Source: Candidatus Daviesbacteria bacterium
GTDB lineage: Bacteria; Patescibacteriota; Microgenomatia; Daviesbacterales; UBA10151
NCBI GenBank assembly: GCA_016184225.1
Contig: JACPDA010000004.1
Coordinates: 70,800 to 134,799, forward strand
Length of the DNA stretch: 64,000 bases
Reading direction: 5' to 3'
Part shown: in pieces, positions 17,398 to 27,206 of the stretch
How the letters are laid out: each line of letters starts with the position of its first letter
How positions within the stretch are numbered: the first letter of the stretch is position 1
Notes under the pieces: generated by a model
Told to the model about the DNA's origin: nothing
Seen by the model: the letters and a program-made list of their open reading frames with translations, nothing else
The model's database searches: none
Made by a program: the position numbers and the translations under genes

Positions 17398-19172
17398 TAG
17401 AGATTCTTCAACTTTACCGACAAGTCTCTAAACCGCCTGTTCAAAGACTCTACTGTTTCCATCTTATCAAATTCCTGGGCATTCTTGATTTCCAGGGAAA
17501 GTTTTTCTAGGGATGCCTTGATTAAGGCTTTTTTAAGTTCTGAAACTACCCCCTCCAGCTCCTTCTGCCAGTATTTTGCATCAATCAGCTTGCTGTCAAG
17601 TTCTATTAAGTATAATCTATCTATCTCTGAAAGCAACTCTTTTGGCAGGCCGGAGGCAAATTCATTAATATCAAATGCCCTACTCTTAAAAGATATGGAA
17701 TCCAGGTATAATACCAGCAAAACAAAAATCTGGCGCCATTTTTCGGCTAAGAATAATGTTTCCGGAAAATTAGGAAAAAAATTGGATTCCTGTGGCGGAT
17801 GTAGCAGCAAAGTAATTAAATATTCCTCCAACAGCTCCCTTCTTGATTTGATAGAAACCACATTATCAGCAGTGGTTTTCTTCAGCAAATTAACATAGCT
17901 TTTTGAGGTCTCCTGACGGGCTTTTTCTACGCTTTCTCTGATTATTTTTTCTTCGGTTTTCAAGAAGGCTGCCAGCCTTTGGATATAGCGCTCCCTGATT
18001 AAGTCATCCGTAATCTTAGCCCAGATCGGAATTAGCTCGCCCCCGATTTTCCTTAAATCTGCCGCTTTTTTAGTATCATACCTTCTGGCAGTAGAAGTCA
18101 GATAATAATCATAAATAGGAACGGACTGCTCCAGAGCTTTTTGCCAAAGCGCGGGATTCTCGCGGATTACTTCTGCCGCATCCTTCCCGCCCTCAAGTTG
18201 AATTACTTTAATATTTAACCCGGCTTTATCTGCCATTTCAATGCCGCGGCGGGAGGCGCTATCCCCGGCCAAATCCATATCAAAGCCTAGGACAATATCT
18301 TCTGTATATTTTTTAATCAGGTCAATTTGCCCCTCGGTCAAAGCAGTCCCTTTTGAGGCCACAATATTTTTAAAGCCGGCCTGGAAAGAGGCAATCATAT
18401 CCATCTCCCCTTCTACTAAAATAGCCTCTTTTTTATTCCTGATCTCTCCTTTAGCCAGATTAAGACCAAACAGAAAACTACCCTTATCAAAAATTGCAGT
18501 TTGGGGGGTATTTATATACTTTGGTTCGGCAGGAAGTAAAACTCTCCCTGAAAAACCCCGCAATTTTTCCTTGCTGTCAAGTAAGGGGAAAATAATCCTG
18601 CCTCTGAAGCGGTCGTAATTGCCGGATCTCGCGGCTACTCCCAAACCGGAGAGAGTGATTTCCTGGTTGGTAAAACCTCTTTTAAGTAAAAACTTAGTCA
18701 TGGATTCCCAAGAATTGGGGGCATAGCCTAAACCAAATTCTTCAATGGAAGAATCTGTCACCCCCCTGCTTTTAAGGTACTCCAAAGCCTTTTTGCCAAA
18801 GGAGTGTTTGGTGAGCATATAGTGAAAAAATTCCTGGGCTTTTAAATTAACTTCAAATAATCTGTCTTTAAAATCCTTTTTGTCATCAGTTCTTCTCTGC
18901 AAGATAACCCCGGCTTTTTTAGCCAGCATCTCCAAAGCTTCCTTAAATTCCATGCCCTCTTTTTCCATCAAAAAGGTGAAGATGTCGCCTCCGGCCGAAC
19001 AACCAAAACAATGCCAGATCGCTCGTTCCGGAGACACTACAAAAGAAGGGGTCTTTTCCTGATGAAAAGGGCAGTTGGCTTTAAAGTTAACACCTGATTT
19101 TTTTAAAGGGAGATATTCGGAGATTAAATCTACAATATTCAGTTTTTCTTTAATGAGTTCTGTATCATCCAT
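17397..19172 (-). CDS. dnaG: DNA primase
   Basis: CPFHQEKTPSF...CFGC zinc finger, DRFRGR, KYINTP, VEGEMD, DMDLAG; probable start 19172. Confidence 0.97.
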   Translation of the reverse strand: MDDTELIKEKLNIVDLISEYLPLKKSGVNFKANCPFHQEKTPSFVVSPERAIWHCFGCSAGGDIFTFLMEKEGMEFKEALEMLAKKAGVILQRRTDDKKDFKDRLFEVNLKAQEFFHYMLTKHSFGKKALEYLKSRGVTDSSIEEFGLGYAPNSWESMTKFLLKRGFTNQEITLSGLGVAARSGNYDRFRGRIIFPLLDSKEKLRGFSGRVLLPAEPKYINTPQTAIFDKGSFLFGLNLAKGEIRNKKEAILVEGEMDMIASFQAGFKNIVASKGTALTEGQIDLIKKYTEDIVLGFDMDLAGDSASRRGIEMADKAGLNIKVIQLEGGKDAAEVIRENPALWQKALEQSVPIYDYYLTSTARRYDTKKAADLRKIGGELIPIWAKITDDLIRERYIQRLAAFLKTEEKIIRESVEKARQETSKSYVNLLKKTTADNVVSIKSRRELLEEYLITLLLHPPQESNFFPNFPETLFLAEKWRQIFVLLVLYLDSISFKSRAFDINEFASGLPKELLSEIDRLYLIELDSKLIDAKYWQKELEGVVSELKKALIKASLEKLSLEIKNAQEFDKMETVESLNRRFRDLSVKLKNL

Positions 19173-19317
19173 AGCTTTACAATAATCCCAAAGGCTCATG
19201 CGAATTTGTGGCTTTCAGGTATTGCTGGCGCAATTGTACACCAAACAAATCCCAAAAACAAGCCTAAAAGAGGATCTAGTGACTAGAGTCAAGAGTCAAG
19301 GTATAATATGTGAACCT

Positions 19318-19404
19318 GGAGGGATCGCATAGTGGCCTAGTGCACGATCTTGGAAAGATCGCATATCCGCAAGGGTATCGTGGGTTCAAATCCCACTCCC
19401 TCCG
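19318..19404 (+). tRNA. tRNA-Ser(GGA)
   Basis: GGAGGGA...CGATC-TTGGAAA-GATCG, long variable arm, GTGGG-TTCAAAT-CCCAC. Confidence 0.95.
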
Positions 19405-19480
19405 CCTTAAATCTTACGAAGGAAGACATCTAACTAGTCATCTAAAGTTGGGATGAATAAATCCTGAAGTGACTTTTGAT

Positions 19481-20026
19481 TTAGATTCCGAATCTTTTAC
19501 CTAACTCTTTAGCCTCAAGAGTTCTTTTTATTAAAAAGTAAACATCCGCCGCGCCGTTATAAAATATTTCTTTGGTCGGATTGTATTTGGTCATCTCTTT
19601 GATGGCGTTTCCTAACTCCGGCTCTTCGGCAATTACCCTTTCAACTAACTTTCTATTATACCCAGCTTTGGTCTGATCTATATTACCACTCTTTAATTCC
19701 TTAATGCGGTCTTCTACGTATATAATCGTAGCATCGCTAGATACCCGTGGTAAATTTATACCATTTAATTCTGCCTGTCTTCTTAAGATTCGATAAGTAA
19801 ACAGCGCGCCTTGCGAATATGGTAGTTGCTCAATAGGGGACGTCCTATATCTAGTGTCAAGCGCCTGAGAAAGCACCGGATTTTGGTTTTGTAGAATATC
19901 ACGTTCCTCCTTCAAAGCCTTCAATGGATCTTGTGCAATTTCTCGGAGTGCTTGTTCAGCAGCTTCTTTGCTAACGGGCAACGGCGACGACTCTTTAATT
20001 GCTTCTGGTTTTGCTTCTTCTGGCAT
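19481..20026 (-). CDS. hypothetical protein
   Basis: 181 aa ORF with no motif recognised. Confidence 0.6.
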   Translation of the reverse strand: MPEEAKPEAIKESSPLPVSKEAAEQALREIAQDPLKALKEERDILQNQNPVLSQALDTRYRTSPIEQLPYSQGALFTYRILRRQAELNGINLPRVSSDATIIYVEDRIKELKSGNIDQTKAGYNRKLVERVIAEEPELGNAIKEMTKYNPTKEIFYNGAADVYFLIKRTLEAKELGKRFGI

Positions 20027-20088
20027 AGTAATTTTGATTATCCCATACTATTTCCCTAACTACAAACTTTATGTTATATAATTAATAT

Positions 20089-20334
20089 ATGTTTAACTGG
20101 AATTTGCCAAATTTTGGGCCGGCTGTTTTCTTGCTCATTTTATGGGAGGCTTTTTGGAAAGGCATTGGCCTTTGGAAATCTGCCAAAAGAGGTGATACTC
20201 TCTGGTTTATCGCCATATTTTTAATTAACCTTTTTGGGATCCTACCCATCTTTTACCTTTGGAGAACCAAACAATTGAAGGGTGTAGTAATAGATTTCCA
20301 GAATTTCTTTAAGTCAAAGTTTAAAGGTAAGTAG
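20089..20334 (+). CDS. DUF5652-like small membrane protein
   Basis: W...WKG.GLWKSA....WF....IN.FGILPI.YL pattern. Confidence 0.75.
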   Translation: MFNWNLPNFGPAVFLLILWEAFWKGIGLWKSAKRGDTLWFIAIFLINLFGILPIFYLWRTKQLKGVVIDFQNFFKSKFKGK

Positions 20335-20337
20335 AAT

Positions 20338-21630
20338 TTAAGCAGCCTTTGCTGTTCTGCCTAAAGTTGCAAAAACTGCCCAGGCTTGTGGGCTACAAGC
20401 GACCGGTACACCCTTTTCCCGATACTGTAGTAAATGACCTCTTTCCCTTTCAACTGCCACTAATTCCTTTCTTTTTAGCCTTCTTTCAAGTGCGAATGCC
20501 TTATTATCCAGACTCTCCGCAAATTCAATATCCCCATAATTTTCCACTGCCTTAGCAGCGATCAGCGTTTGGTGCAGCCAAACTGTCCCGTTGTGGTAGG
20601 CGCGAGCACCGTTTACCCTAAATTGGGAAGACAAACTGCTTCTCGTTCTTAAACCCCGCTCTGTATTCATATCCGGTTGCTTTAATCTGTCAATCACAAG
20701 CTTGGCATATTCCGGATCAATCACCTTAGCCCATAAAGCAATTACCGGATCATCAGCGATAAATTCAACTCGATTACCCTTGCCGTCTATCATAGGGGCA
20801 TAAGTTCCTAAATCAGGCGCAAAAAAGCGATTATGAAACTCTTTTTTGCCTCTTGCATAGCTGCCGTTAAGTTCTGCGGCAAAAGCGGTTTCCCCCATCT
20901 CTTTTGCCAATTCCACTCCCTCGCGCAGTGCCCAAAGGTAATAGCTATTGTTAGTCAGGTATTTATAGGGAGGTTTGGGAATTCTGCCTTTTTCGTCACG
21001 GTAAGCATCATTAGAATCTTTCCAGGTATGATTTAGTAGGGCATTTTTGTTTTGGGGATCAGACTCTATTAAGCCATCATTATCTAAATCTGCAATCTTA
21101 GTATCATGATGAAAAGCCGCTTTTACATGAGGCCACATCTCTTCCAGGTATATCTGAGCAGCCAGTTGATCTCTTGATGCAAGAGCTCGATGAACTACTG
21201 CCACTGAAATGTTAAATAAGGGCGTCGCATCCCCGGCTCCGTAGTAAACCATTCCAAGTCTACCATTTTCTAGTCTATATCCGGGCCAACCAATTTCAAT
21301 CATTTCTGCTAATCTCTGTTGAGGTGAATCTCCAGTATGAATTTCGTGAGCTATTTTTCCCTTATCTTCTTCAGTAAACGGATTACACTTTTTACCTTGA
21401 TAAGCAATTGCTAATCGCTGTGAAGTTTTAGCGCACTCAAGCAAGATAGGAAGCTCGCCGTTTTGCGGCTCTGATAAAGCCGTTATAATAGAAATGTAAG
21501 CATCTCTTCCGTAGTGAACGCCGCTAAAACGTCCTCCTCCGCTCGCTTTGATACCCAAAAAGTCGTCCACAATAAAGGGAAGTTCTTCTAGACACTCTGC
21601 TCTTAAAAACCTGATAAATTCAGGTGACAT
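20338..21630 (-). CDS. amylo-alpha-1,6-glucosidase/glycogen-debranching family glycoside hydrolase
   Basis: YGRDA, GKIAHE, WKDS, YHNGTVW, ACSPQAW. Confidence 0.85.
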   Translation of the reverse strand: MSPEFIRFLRAECLEELPFIVDDFLGIKASGGGRFSGVHYGRDAYISIITALSEPQNGELPILLECAKTSQRLAIAYQGKKCNPFTEEDKGKIAHEIHTGDSPQQRLAEMIEIGWPGYRLENGRLGMVYYGAGDATPLFNISVAVVHRALASRDQLAAQIYLEEMWPHVKAAFHHDTKIADLDNDGLIESDPQNKNALLNHTWKDSNDAYRDEKGRIPKPPYKYLTNNSYYLWALREGVELAKEMGETAFAAELNGSYARGKKEFHNRFFAPDLGTYAPMIDGKGNRVEFIADDPVIALWAKVIDPEYAKLVIDRLKQPDMNTERGLRTRSSLSSQFRVNGARAYHNGTVWLHQTLIAAKAVENYGDIEFAESLDNKAFALERRLKRKELVAVERERGHLLQYREKGVPVACSPQAWAVFATLGRTAKAA

Positions 21631-21721
21631 ATATTGCCATTATAGGCTTATAGGCTTAAATTTATCTCCTATTAAATTACTATAAGTTAACTAGGATGCA
21701 AAAACAGTCTATGGATTTATA

Positions 21722-22387
21722 CTAAGATAATTTCTTCTGAAAAGTCAAATGGAGTAAGTATTCTTTGTTTCCGGCTCCACCCAGGATCGGTGATTCCATA
21801 ACTTTTTCTACTCTGTACCCTGTACCCTGCAACCTGTCCACTACCTCCTCTTTAACAGCTGCTGCTTTTTCTACCGGCAAGACTCCTTTTATCAAATCCC
21901 TTCTGCTTGCTTCATAGTGAGGTTTCAGTAAGGCAATAATTATTCCATCAGGCTTTAAGAAATTACTGACAACCGGCAAAACCAGCTCTAATTTTGTCCA
22001 GCCGGCATCAATGGTGACTAAGTCTACTTTCCCAGAATCCACCTCGGAGGAGTCATGGCTTCGTAAACTCAGCCTGCCACCATCCGAGGTGTTGCCATTC
22101 TCACCTTCCAGGTGGGCTTTGACTCCTGGAAGGTGGTCCAATTGCAGGATATTGGTCCGTTCCATTACTACTACCCGCGGGTCATTTCGGAGCTTCCAAG
22201 CCAACTCGCCGTATGCAGTATCCAGGGCATAAACTTTTTTGGCCCCATTTTGCAGCAGACAATCTACAAACCCGCCGGTGGATGATCCGACATCAAGAAT
22301 CACTTGATCCTTAACATCAACTTGGAATCGGCCTAATGCAGCTTGCAGTTTAACCCCACCCCTGGAAACGAATTTCTCACTTGCCAT
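21722..22387 (-). CDS. tlyA: TlyA-family rRNA methyltransferase lacking the S4 domain, with an in-frame palindromic insert
   Basis: FVSRGGVKL, LDVGSSTGGF.DCLLQ.GA, SPILG..GN.EYL. Confidence 0.85.
   Translation of the reverse strand: MASEKFVSRGGVKLQAALGRFQVDVKDQVILDVGSSTGGFVDCLLQNGAKKVYALDTAYGELAWKLRNDPRVVVMERTNILQLDHLPGVKAHLEGENGNTSDGGRLSLRSHDSSEVDSGKVDLVTIDAGWTKLELVLPVVSNFLKPDGIIIALLKPHYEASRRDLIKGVLPVEKAAAVKEEVVDRLQGTGYRVEKVMESPILGGAGNKEYLLHLTFQKKLS
22040..22135. repeat. double-palindrome insert inside tlyA (96 nt)
   Basis: CACCTCGGA...TCCGAGGTG and CACCTTCCAGG...CCTGGAAGGTG. Confidence 0.7.
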
Positions 22388-22781
22388 ATATTTCTAAAGC
22401 TTTTTTAAGAAGCACTTTATCCTGAGAAAAAGTTAATTGCCCTAGTGCCTCCTCCGGCTTAAACCAGCCTATGTCACTGACCTCCCAGTCGTGGTCTTTG
22501 ATATCACCGGAAACATATTTCATCAGAAAATAAGTCACCACTTTAAAGATTTTTTCTCCATTCAAGGTGTAGACATATTTAGAATAACCTACTTTACCAG
22601 TAATTTCAGCCACCACTCCGCCTTCTTCCTTAACTTCCCGCAAAGCTGCTTCCTCGGTGGTCTGTCCCGAGTCAATTAAGCCCTTAGGAAAACTCCAATG
22701 GTGATTTTGGGAATGCTGAGTTAGAAGCGCTTGACCTTTACTATTAAAAACTATTCCACCGGCCGAGAATTCTCGTTTCAC
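22377..22781 (-). CDS. NUDIX hydrolase (Ap4A hydrolase-like)
   Basis: SAGGIV, WSFPKG...EAALREVKEEGG Nudix box; GTG start 22781 (the longer ORF overlaps a tRNA). Confidence 0.9.
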   Translation of the reverse strand: MKREFSAGGIVFNSKGQALLTQHSQNHHWSFPKGLIDSGQTTEEAALREVKEEGGVVAEITGKVGYSKYVYTLNGEKIFKVVTYFLMKYVSGDIKDHDWEVSDIGWFKPEEALGQLTFSQDKVLLKKALEIYGK

Positions 22782-22798
22782 GTTTTTTATTTCCTTTT

Positions 22799-22873
22799 TG
22801 GCGCCCCCAGCGGGATTCGAACCCACATATCAGGATCCGGAATCCTGTGGTCTATCCATTAGCCTATGAGGGC
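22799..22873 (-). tRNA. tRNA-Arg(CCG)
   Basis: GCCCTCA...CAGGA-TTCCGGA-TCCTG...GTTCGAATCC...GCCA. Confidence 0.93.
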
Positions 22874-22874
22874 A

Positions 22875-22964
22875 TGGCGGTGGGAGCAGGATTCGAACCT
22901 GCGCGAGGCTTACGCCTCGATTGGTTTTCGAAACCATCCGAATAGGCCTCTCTCGCATCCCACC
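22875..22964 (-). tRNA. tRNA-Ser(CGA)
   Basis: GGTGGGA...TGGT-TTCGAAA-ACCA, long variable arm, GCCA end. Confidence 0.92.
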
Positions 22965-22969
22965 TCAAG

Positions 22970-23042
22970 CGCGCCCGGCGGGACTCGAACCCACAACCGC
23001 ATCGTCCGCAACGATGTGCACGATCCATTGTGCTACGGGCGC
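22970..23042 (-). tRNA. tRNA-Arg(GCG)
   Basis: GCGCCCG...CATCG-TTGCGGA-CGATG...GTTCGAGTCC. Confidence 0.92.
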
Positions 23043-23065
23043 AATATGGGTATTCTAGCACGAAT

Positions 23066-23102
23066 GAGATTGCCACGGCCACTGCGTGGCCTCGCAATGA
23101 CA
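23066..23102. repeat. REP-like palindromic element
   Basis: GAGATTGCCACGGCCACTGCGTGGCCTCGCAATGACA; same GAGAT...ATGACA family as 59498 and 62846. Confidence 0.7.
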
Positions 23103-23108
23103 GAATGA

Positions 23109-23666
23109 TTAACGATGCACGTTTTCCAGCGGTAAATGCTTCTGCAGCGATTCTGACCACTTTTCCATCCATGATTTATAAGGCTTTTCGTGAAATGGTA
23201 AAAAGCGGGCTACTGTCTTTTTTATCTTTTCTTCATCCTCCTTGCCTAACACTAACATCAGTTGAGTCGGAAACCTCAGTAGTGTTTGGATATGCAAAAC
23301 TTTTAAACCGTCTTTTTCCTTAAACCAAAACGAATCTAAAAAATGCCAGAAATAAAAATCCTCCCCAATGGTAATGCCTTGGGTAGAAATCTGGTAAGTG
23401 ATGTTATGTGGCGGGACAAAGGCCAAAACATAGGTCACAAAAGCAAAAGAAGCTATTACTCCAATCAGTAAAAAATCCTGCAGCCAAAAGAAAACAACCA
23501 AAACCAAAAATATGGCTAAAACAGCAATAGTAGTGTAATAAGAACGGTCTTTTTTTCTAAAAGGCCGGGCCGGCGCTTCCCAGGAAAGCAAAGTCTTAAT
23601 TTCCTCCGTTTCCATCATCTTGGGAGTAAAAAATTCCAGTGGATTTTGTTTTTTTTCTTTGGGCAT
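23109..23666 (-). CDS. conserved CPR membrane protein (two TMs plus a PH-like domain)
   Basis: LSWEAPARPF.KK...YY, two TMs, ISTQGI.IG...Y.W..L.SFW. Confidence 0.7.
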   Translation of the reverse strand: MPKEKKQNPLEFFTPKMMETEEIKTLLSWEAPARPFRKKDRSYYTTIAVLAIFLVLVVFFWLQDFLLIGVIASFAFVTYVLAFVPPHNITYQISTQGITIGEDFYFWHFLDSFWFKEKDGLKVLHIQTLLRFPTQLMLVLGKEDEEKIKKTVARFLPFHEKPYKSWMEKWSESLQKHLPLENVHR

Positions 23667-23842
23667 TTGTTTTTAGTTTAACTTTAAAAGAGTTTTATGT
23701 AAAGATGCGGTGCCTAGTCGACTATGTTGGAAATTATTTCAAGGAACAATTAGAGCAAATTGCTACTCCTTTTCCTCAAGTCAAACCGGCACTTGTTTAC
23801 TCTAAATTATAGCAGAAGTGAAGCCCAAAATAAGTTATGTAC

Positions 23843-24502
23843 TCACCACATTACCCTTGCTTGTACCAATTGTTGCAAATTAAATAGGTGTTGTGCAAAA
23901 TCTCGCCGTTCAACCGACCATATGCAATTTTGCAACCCACTGCCTACTCCAAAGTACACTTTTGCTCCAACTAGTTTACCATTTTTTACAAGAAGCGACG
24001 CACGATGCGTACCATCAATAATTGTTAATGGTGTACTTTGTTTGTTTGATGAAATTATTACAATATCATCGGTTTTTAAATCAGCAAGCTTTGACATAAT
24101 TTCTATCTTATTATGGTGGTGTACAACCACGGGAGGCTCATTATTTAAGCGATAACCCCTATTTTGTGATAGGTGCTTAGGTACATTAGCTACCTTGAAC
24201 GTACTACCTGTATCAAGATACCAGTCAAAGACTGGCAAGATAAATATACTGTCAACATCGATGCTTTCAATTTCGGCTTCAAACCAGTCTAAAGAACTTG
24301 GAATCTCATTTAGTATGGCGCTTCTACCATAAACGTTAAATATTAAATTTTCTCGCTCATTATTTTCTTGAGGGCTATTTAAATCGGGTTGTTCTATAAG
24401 CTTAATTTGCTCGCTTGTAAGACTGGGTTTCATACGAAAAAGCTCGCTTTTTAGCCAAGCAGCATGCATATGATGTTTTGTAGTTGGTTTAACTATTTTC
24501 AT
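23843..24502 (-). CDS. hypothetical protein with a ParB/Srx-like motif
   Basis: LTIIDGTHRA motif. Confidence 0.55.
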   Translation of the reverse strand: MKIVKPTTKHHMHAAWLKSELFRMKPSLTSEQIKLIEQPDLNSPQENNERENLIFNVYGRSAILNEIPSSLDWFEAEIESIDVDSIFILPVFDWYLDTGSTFKVANVPKHLSQNRGYRLNNEPPVVVHHHNKIEIMSKLADLKTDDIVIISSNKQSTPLTIIDGTHRASLLVKNGKLVGAKVYFGVGSGLQNCIWSVERRDFAQHLFNLQQLVQARVMW

Positions 24503-24628
24503 TAGCGGATATTATAGCGTATATACAGGAGAAAAATGCTAAAATAGTAGAAGTAATTCATAAAGGGGTAACTGCTTGCCATGAAGGCACACAGGACGCC
24601 ACAGGGGCTAAAAGGAGGCTGTTAGGTT

Positions 24629-25189
24629 ATGAGTGATAAACCAGTGAGAGAAAATATAAGACAGCATCAGGCATTTCTGGCATACAGCAGCATGTCTGAT
24701 CCTTCAGTTCAAAACATGTGGGAAACATGGGGGAAAATAGGGGGGCTTTCGGAATATAAAAGACCCTCATTTAGAACTTTGGAGTTATGGTGCACTAAAT
24801 ACCAATGGGTAGAAAGGTCTCAGGCCATCCATCAGGCGGCAAAAGAGGAGGCAATAAAGAAGGTTATCGCTAATCTAACAATGGGGAAAGAGGAAATTTT
24901 GGCGATCACCCGGGCTATCATGATCCGCTTTGGTCAGCAGTTGCAGGAAAATACACAAGGGAGACTTACCATCTCGGACTTTGAGAAGGCATGGAAAATT
25001 CAAAGGATAGAGCTGGGTCTACCAACAGAGATTGGAAACCAAGAGGTTGTTGTAAAAGACAGCTATGCAGGAGTAAGTGACGAGGATCTCATTTTGCAAC
25101 TTGAGACCTTAACAGCCAAATATAAACAGAGTTTGTTACTTCGTAATAAAGAAAGGCTTAATAAATCTGGCCACTTGCAATCGTCTTGA
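24629..25189 (+). CDS. phage terminase small subunit-like protein
   Basis: RE...HQAF.AY, TLELWCTKYQWVER HTH-like segment, RIELGLPTEI, VSDEDL. Confidence 0.55.
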   Translation: MSDKPVRENIRQHQAFLAYSSMSDPSVQNMWETWGKIGGLSEYKRPSFRTLELWCTKYQWVERSQAIHQAAKEEAIKKVIANLTMGKEEILAITRAIMIRFGQQLQENTQGRLTISDFEKAWKIQRIELGLPTEIGNQEVVVKDSYAGVSDEDLILQLETLTAKYKQSLLLRNKERLNKSGHLQSS

Positions 25190-25209
25190 CAAGTGGTATA
25201 GTTAAATTA

Positions 25210-25285
25210 ACTTAAGCTCTCTGTAAGTGAAAGCAGGCTTCATGCCTTGCGCGAGGAAACTCGTCTAGCTTACAGGGGGCTTATT
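25210..25285 (+). ncRNA. structured RNA convergent with and overlapping the DUF3800 gene 3' end
   Basis: 15-bp stem 25213-25227/25269-25283 with G.U pairs only on the + strand; inner GCAGGC/GCCTTGC and CGAG-GAAA-CTCG hairpins; upstream TTGCAA-16-TATAGT promoter. Confidence 0.65.
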
Positions 25286-26052
25286 TTAGTAACATCAAAT
25301 TTATTCTTTGAGTGATAAAAGTTCTTGGGATAAATATCTGTATCGTAAATATCAACTAAATAACGTATTTTATCTCCGATAAATTTATAGAACCTCATAT
25401 CTTGCTTGATAAACGCCCTTTGTATTGCCCAATTTACATAATCAATAACTTGTAAACATGGTTCGCCTGATGGGGATTGTGGATTCACTTTAACTGAGGA
25501 TTCTACCTTTTTGCCCCATTTTTTCTCAAAGCTTTGGATTGCTTTTTGAATTGCATTTTCCAGCGGAATTTGACGGGTCTTACTGCCCCTCACGGCAAAG
25601 AAAATTTCATTATGTTTTGATAAGTGAATCTTATTTTCAAATAATTTACTTACTAAGTCGTCATAAAACTCACTCTCGTTTTTATGATGTTTTTTGTTAA
25701 AGATATTTTTAATTTTTCTTGCAACAAAAATTTCAGCTGTAAAATCCAGTTTAACGATTGTTCTATAGACTCTTTCACGAACTTCTGCGCAGTCATCCTT
25801 TGCATGGAAAGATACTGCGCTTTTTTGAAGAGAAGGAATACCCTCTAAATATTCATCGGAGGCAATTTCTTTCCTTAAATTTTCAAGTTTCTGCCTAATT
25901 GTCCTGGGATCATCTGTTTTAATAAACCCAAGAATAAGAATTTTAGAGACACCTTCTTGACCGACGATATAATTGCCATATCTATCGTAAAAAGTTGGAT
26001 CCCCGGATTCATCAACAAAAAAATATGTAGTTTTCTCCTGTAATTTTTTCAT
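25270..26052 (-). CDS. DUF3800 domain protein (RNase H-like fold)
   Basis: YFFVDESGD, FHAKDD, LQVIDYVNWA. Confidence 0.85.
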   Translation of the reverse strand: MKKLQEKTTYFFVDESGDPTFYDRYGNYIVGQEGVSKILILGFIKTDDPRTIRQKLENLRKEIASDEYLEGIPSLQKSAVSFHAKDDCAEVRERVYRTIVKLDFTAEIFVARKIKNIFNKKHHKNESEFYDDLVSKLFENKIHLSKHNEIFFAVRGSKTRQIPLENAIQKAIQSFEKKWGKKVESSVKVNPQSPSGEPCLQVIDYVNWAIQRAFIKQDMRFYKFIGDKIRYLVDIYDTDIYPKNFYHSKNKFDVTKISPL

Positions 26053-26110
26053 TTAAGTAAAAGTGTTAGTTAAAATAATCTAGATTCTTGACCAGTAATT
26101 TCCTCCTGGC

Positions 26111-27205
26111 TCACTTCTTCCTCAGGCGTTGTATATATTCTTTATTAGGATCTTTTATATCTAGGTTCCTATAAAATTTTTCTGTCTCAGAGTGAAATTT
26201 ATGTATTAGCGATACCATCCTCGGGTTACCTTTTATTCTCTCTTTTATTTCAAGTACCTTGGTGTTTCTAATAAATTCTGTAATCTCGTCTATTTTTTTA
26301 AAAAATGAATCTCCAGTTTCAGGTCGATCAGCATATAGCTTCTCTTTAGCTGCTTGAACAGCATCTTCAGGGGTAGATTGCAAAAACTCCTTACGAGCAG
26401 GCTTACTTTTAAGAATCTCCGCTAAATCTTTTTTTACATCATAGGCAGCAGATCTAATTCTTTCCTCTAGTACCCAATTAATAAATTTCTCATTACTTAG
26501 AATTTCTGGATTTTCTCTGGCTATGCTCTGAAGCTCCGAACTCTTAAAATATTCTTCAAATATGCTGAATTTTTTTAATTGTTCTTTTTCATCTAATCCA
26601 GCAAGTTCAGTAAGTTTAGGTAAGTAACCATCTCTCATCAATTCATAAGCCTTTAGTTGAATTTTGATAGCACTAGCTGTCATACCTACAATTGCGGCTA
26701 CATAATCTATATCCATTCTATTTTCATTAATCATTCTATAGATATAACTAGCCTTTTCATAAGGATCCCAGGGAGCTTTACCTTTTATATGTAGATTTCC
26801 AAGAAGTAAAAATAGATCTTCATCGCTTATCTTAGAAAGTATTACTTTAGCTCTAATTTTCCTCCAATTTTCTTTTTGTTCAGCTGGACTGTCTCTATAG
26901 ATGTACCTATAAGCACAAAGTCTACGGTTACCCTCTATCACCTGATTACCCATAACAAATACCTCTTCCATCAATCCACCATTTTTTCTGATATCATCAG
27001 CCAAAACTTTAGTTGAATCTAGTCTCCAGAGATTTTCTTCAATTTTAGTTTGATCCAAAGAATCTCCATATTTGCTCAACACATAATTCATTCTAGGGTT
27101 CTGTGGGTAATAATTTAACTCGAATATATCAATTTCCCTAATCTCAGTAGGTATTTTTCTGTCACCAATAACAATATTTTCTGAAGTGTCTGTTAAATCA
27201 GGCAT
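26111..27205 (-). CDS. ParB-like N-terminal domain protein (paralog 2)
   Basis: QNPR, VIEGNRRL, HIKGKAPWDPYEKA, followed by an HTH-like segment. Confidence 0.8.
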   Translation of the reverse strand: MPDLTDTSENIVIGDRKIPTEIREIDIFELNYYPQNPRMNYVLSKYGDSLDQTKIEENLWRLDSTKVLADDIRKNGGLMEEVFVMGNQVIEGNRRLCAYRYIYRDSPAEQKENWRKIRAKVILSKISDEDLFLLLGNLHIKGKAPWDPYEKASYIYRMINENRMDIDYVAAIVGMTASAIKIQLKAYELMRDGYLPKLTELAGLDEKEQLKKFSIFEEYFKSSELQSIARENPEILSNEKFINWVLEERIRSAAYDVKKDLAEILKSKPARKEFLQSTPEDAVQAAKEKLYADRPETGDSFFKKIDEITEFIRNTKVLEIKERIKGNPRMVSLIHKFHSETEKFYRNLDIKDPNKEYIQRLRKK

Positions 27206-27206
27206 A

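Noticed and set aside
22864-23323. ORFs 22864..23172, 22866..23108 and 23030..23323
   Set aside because: Shadow frames over three tRNAs, a REP element and a real minus-strand gene
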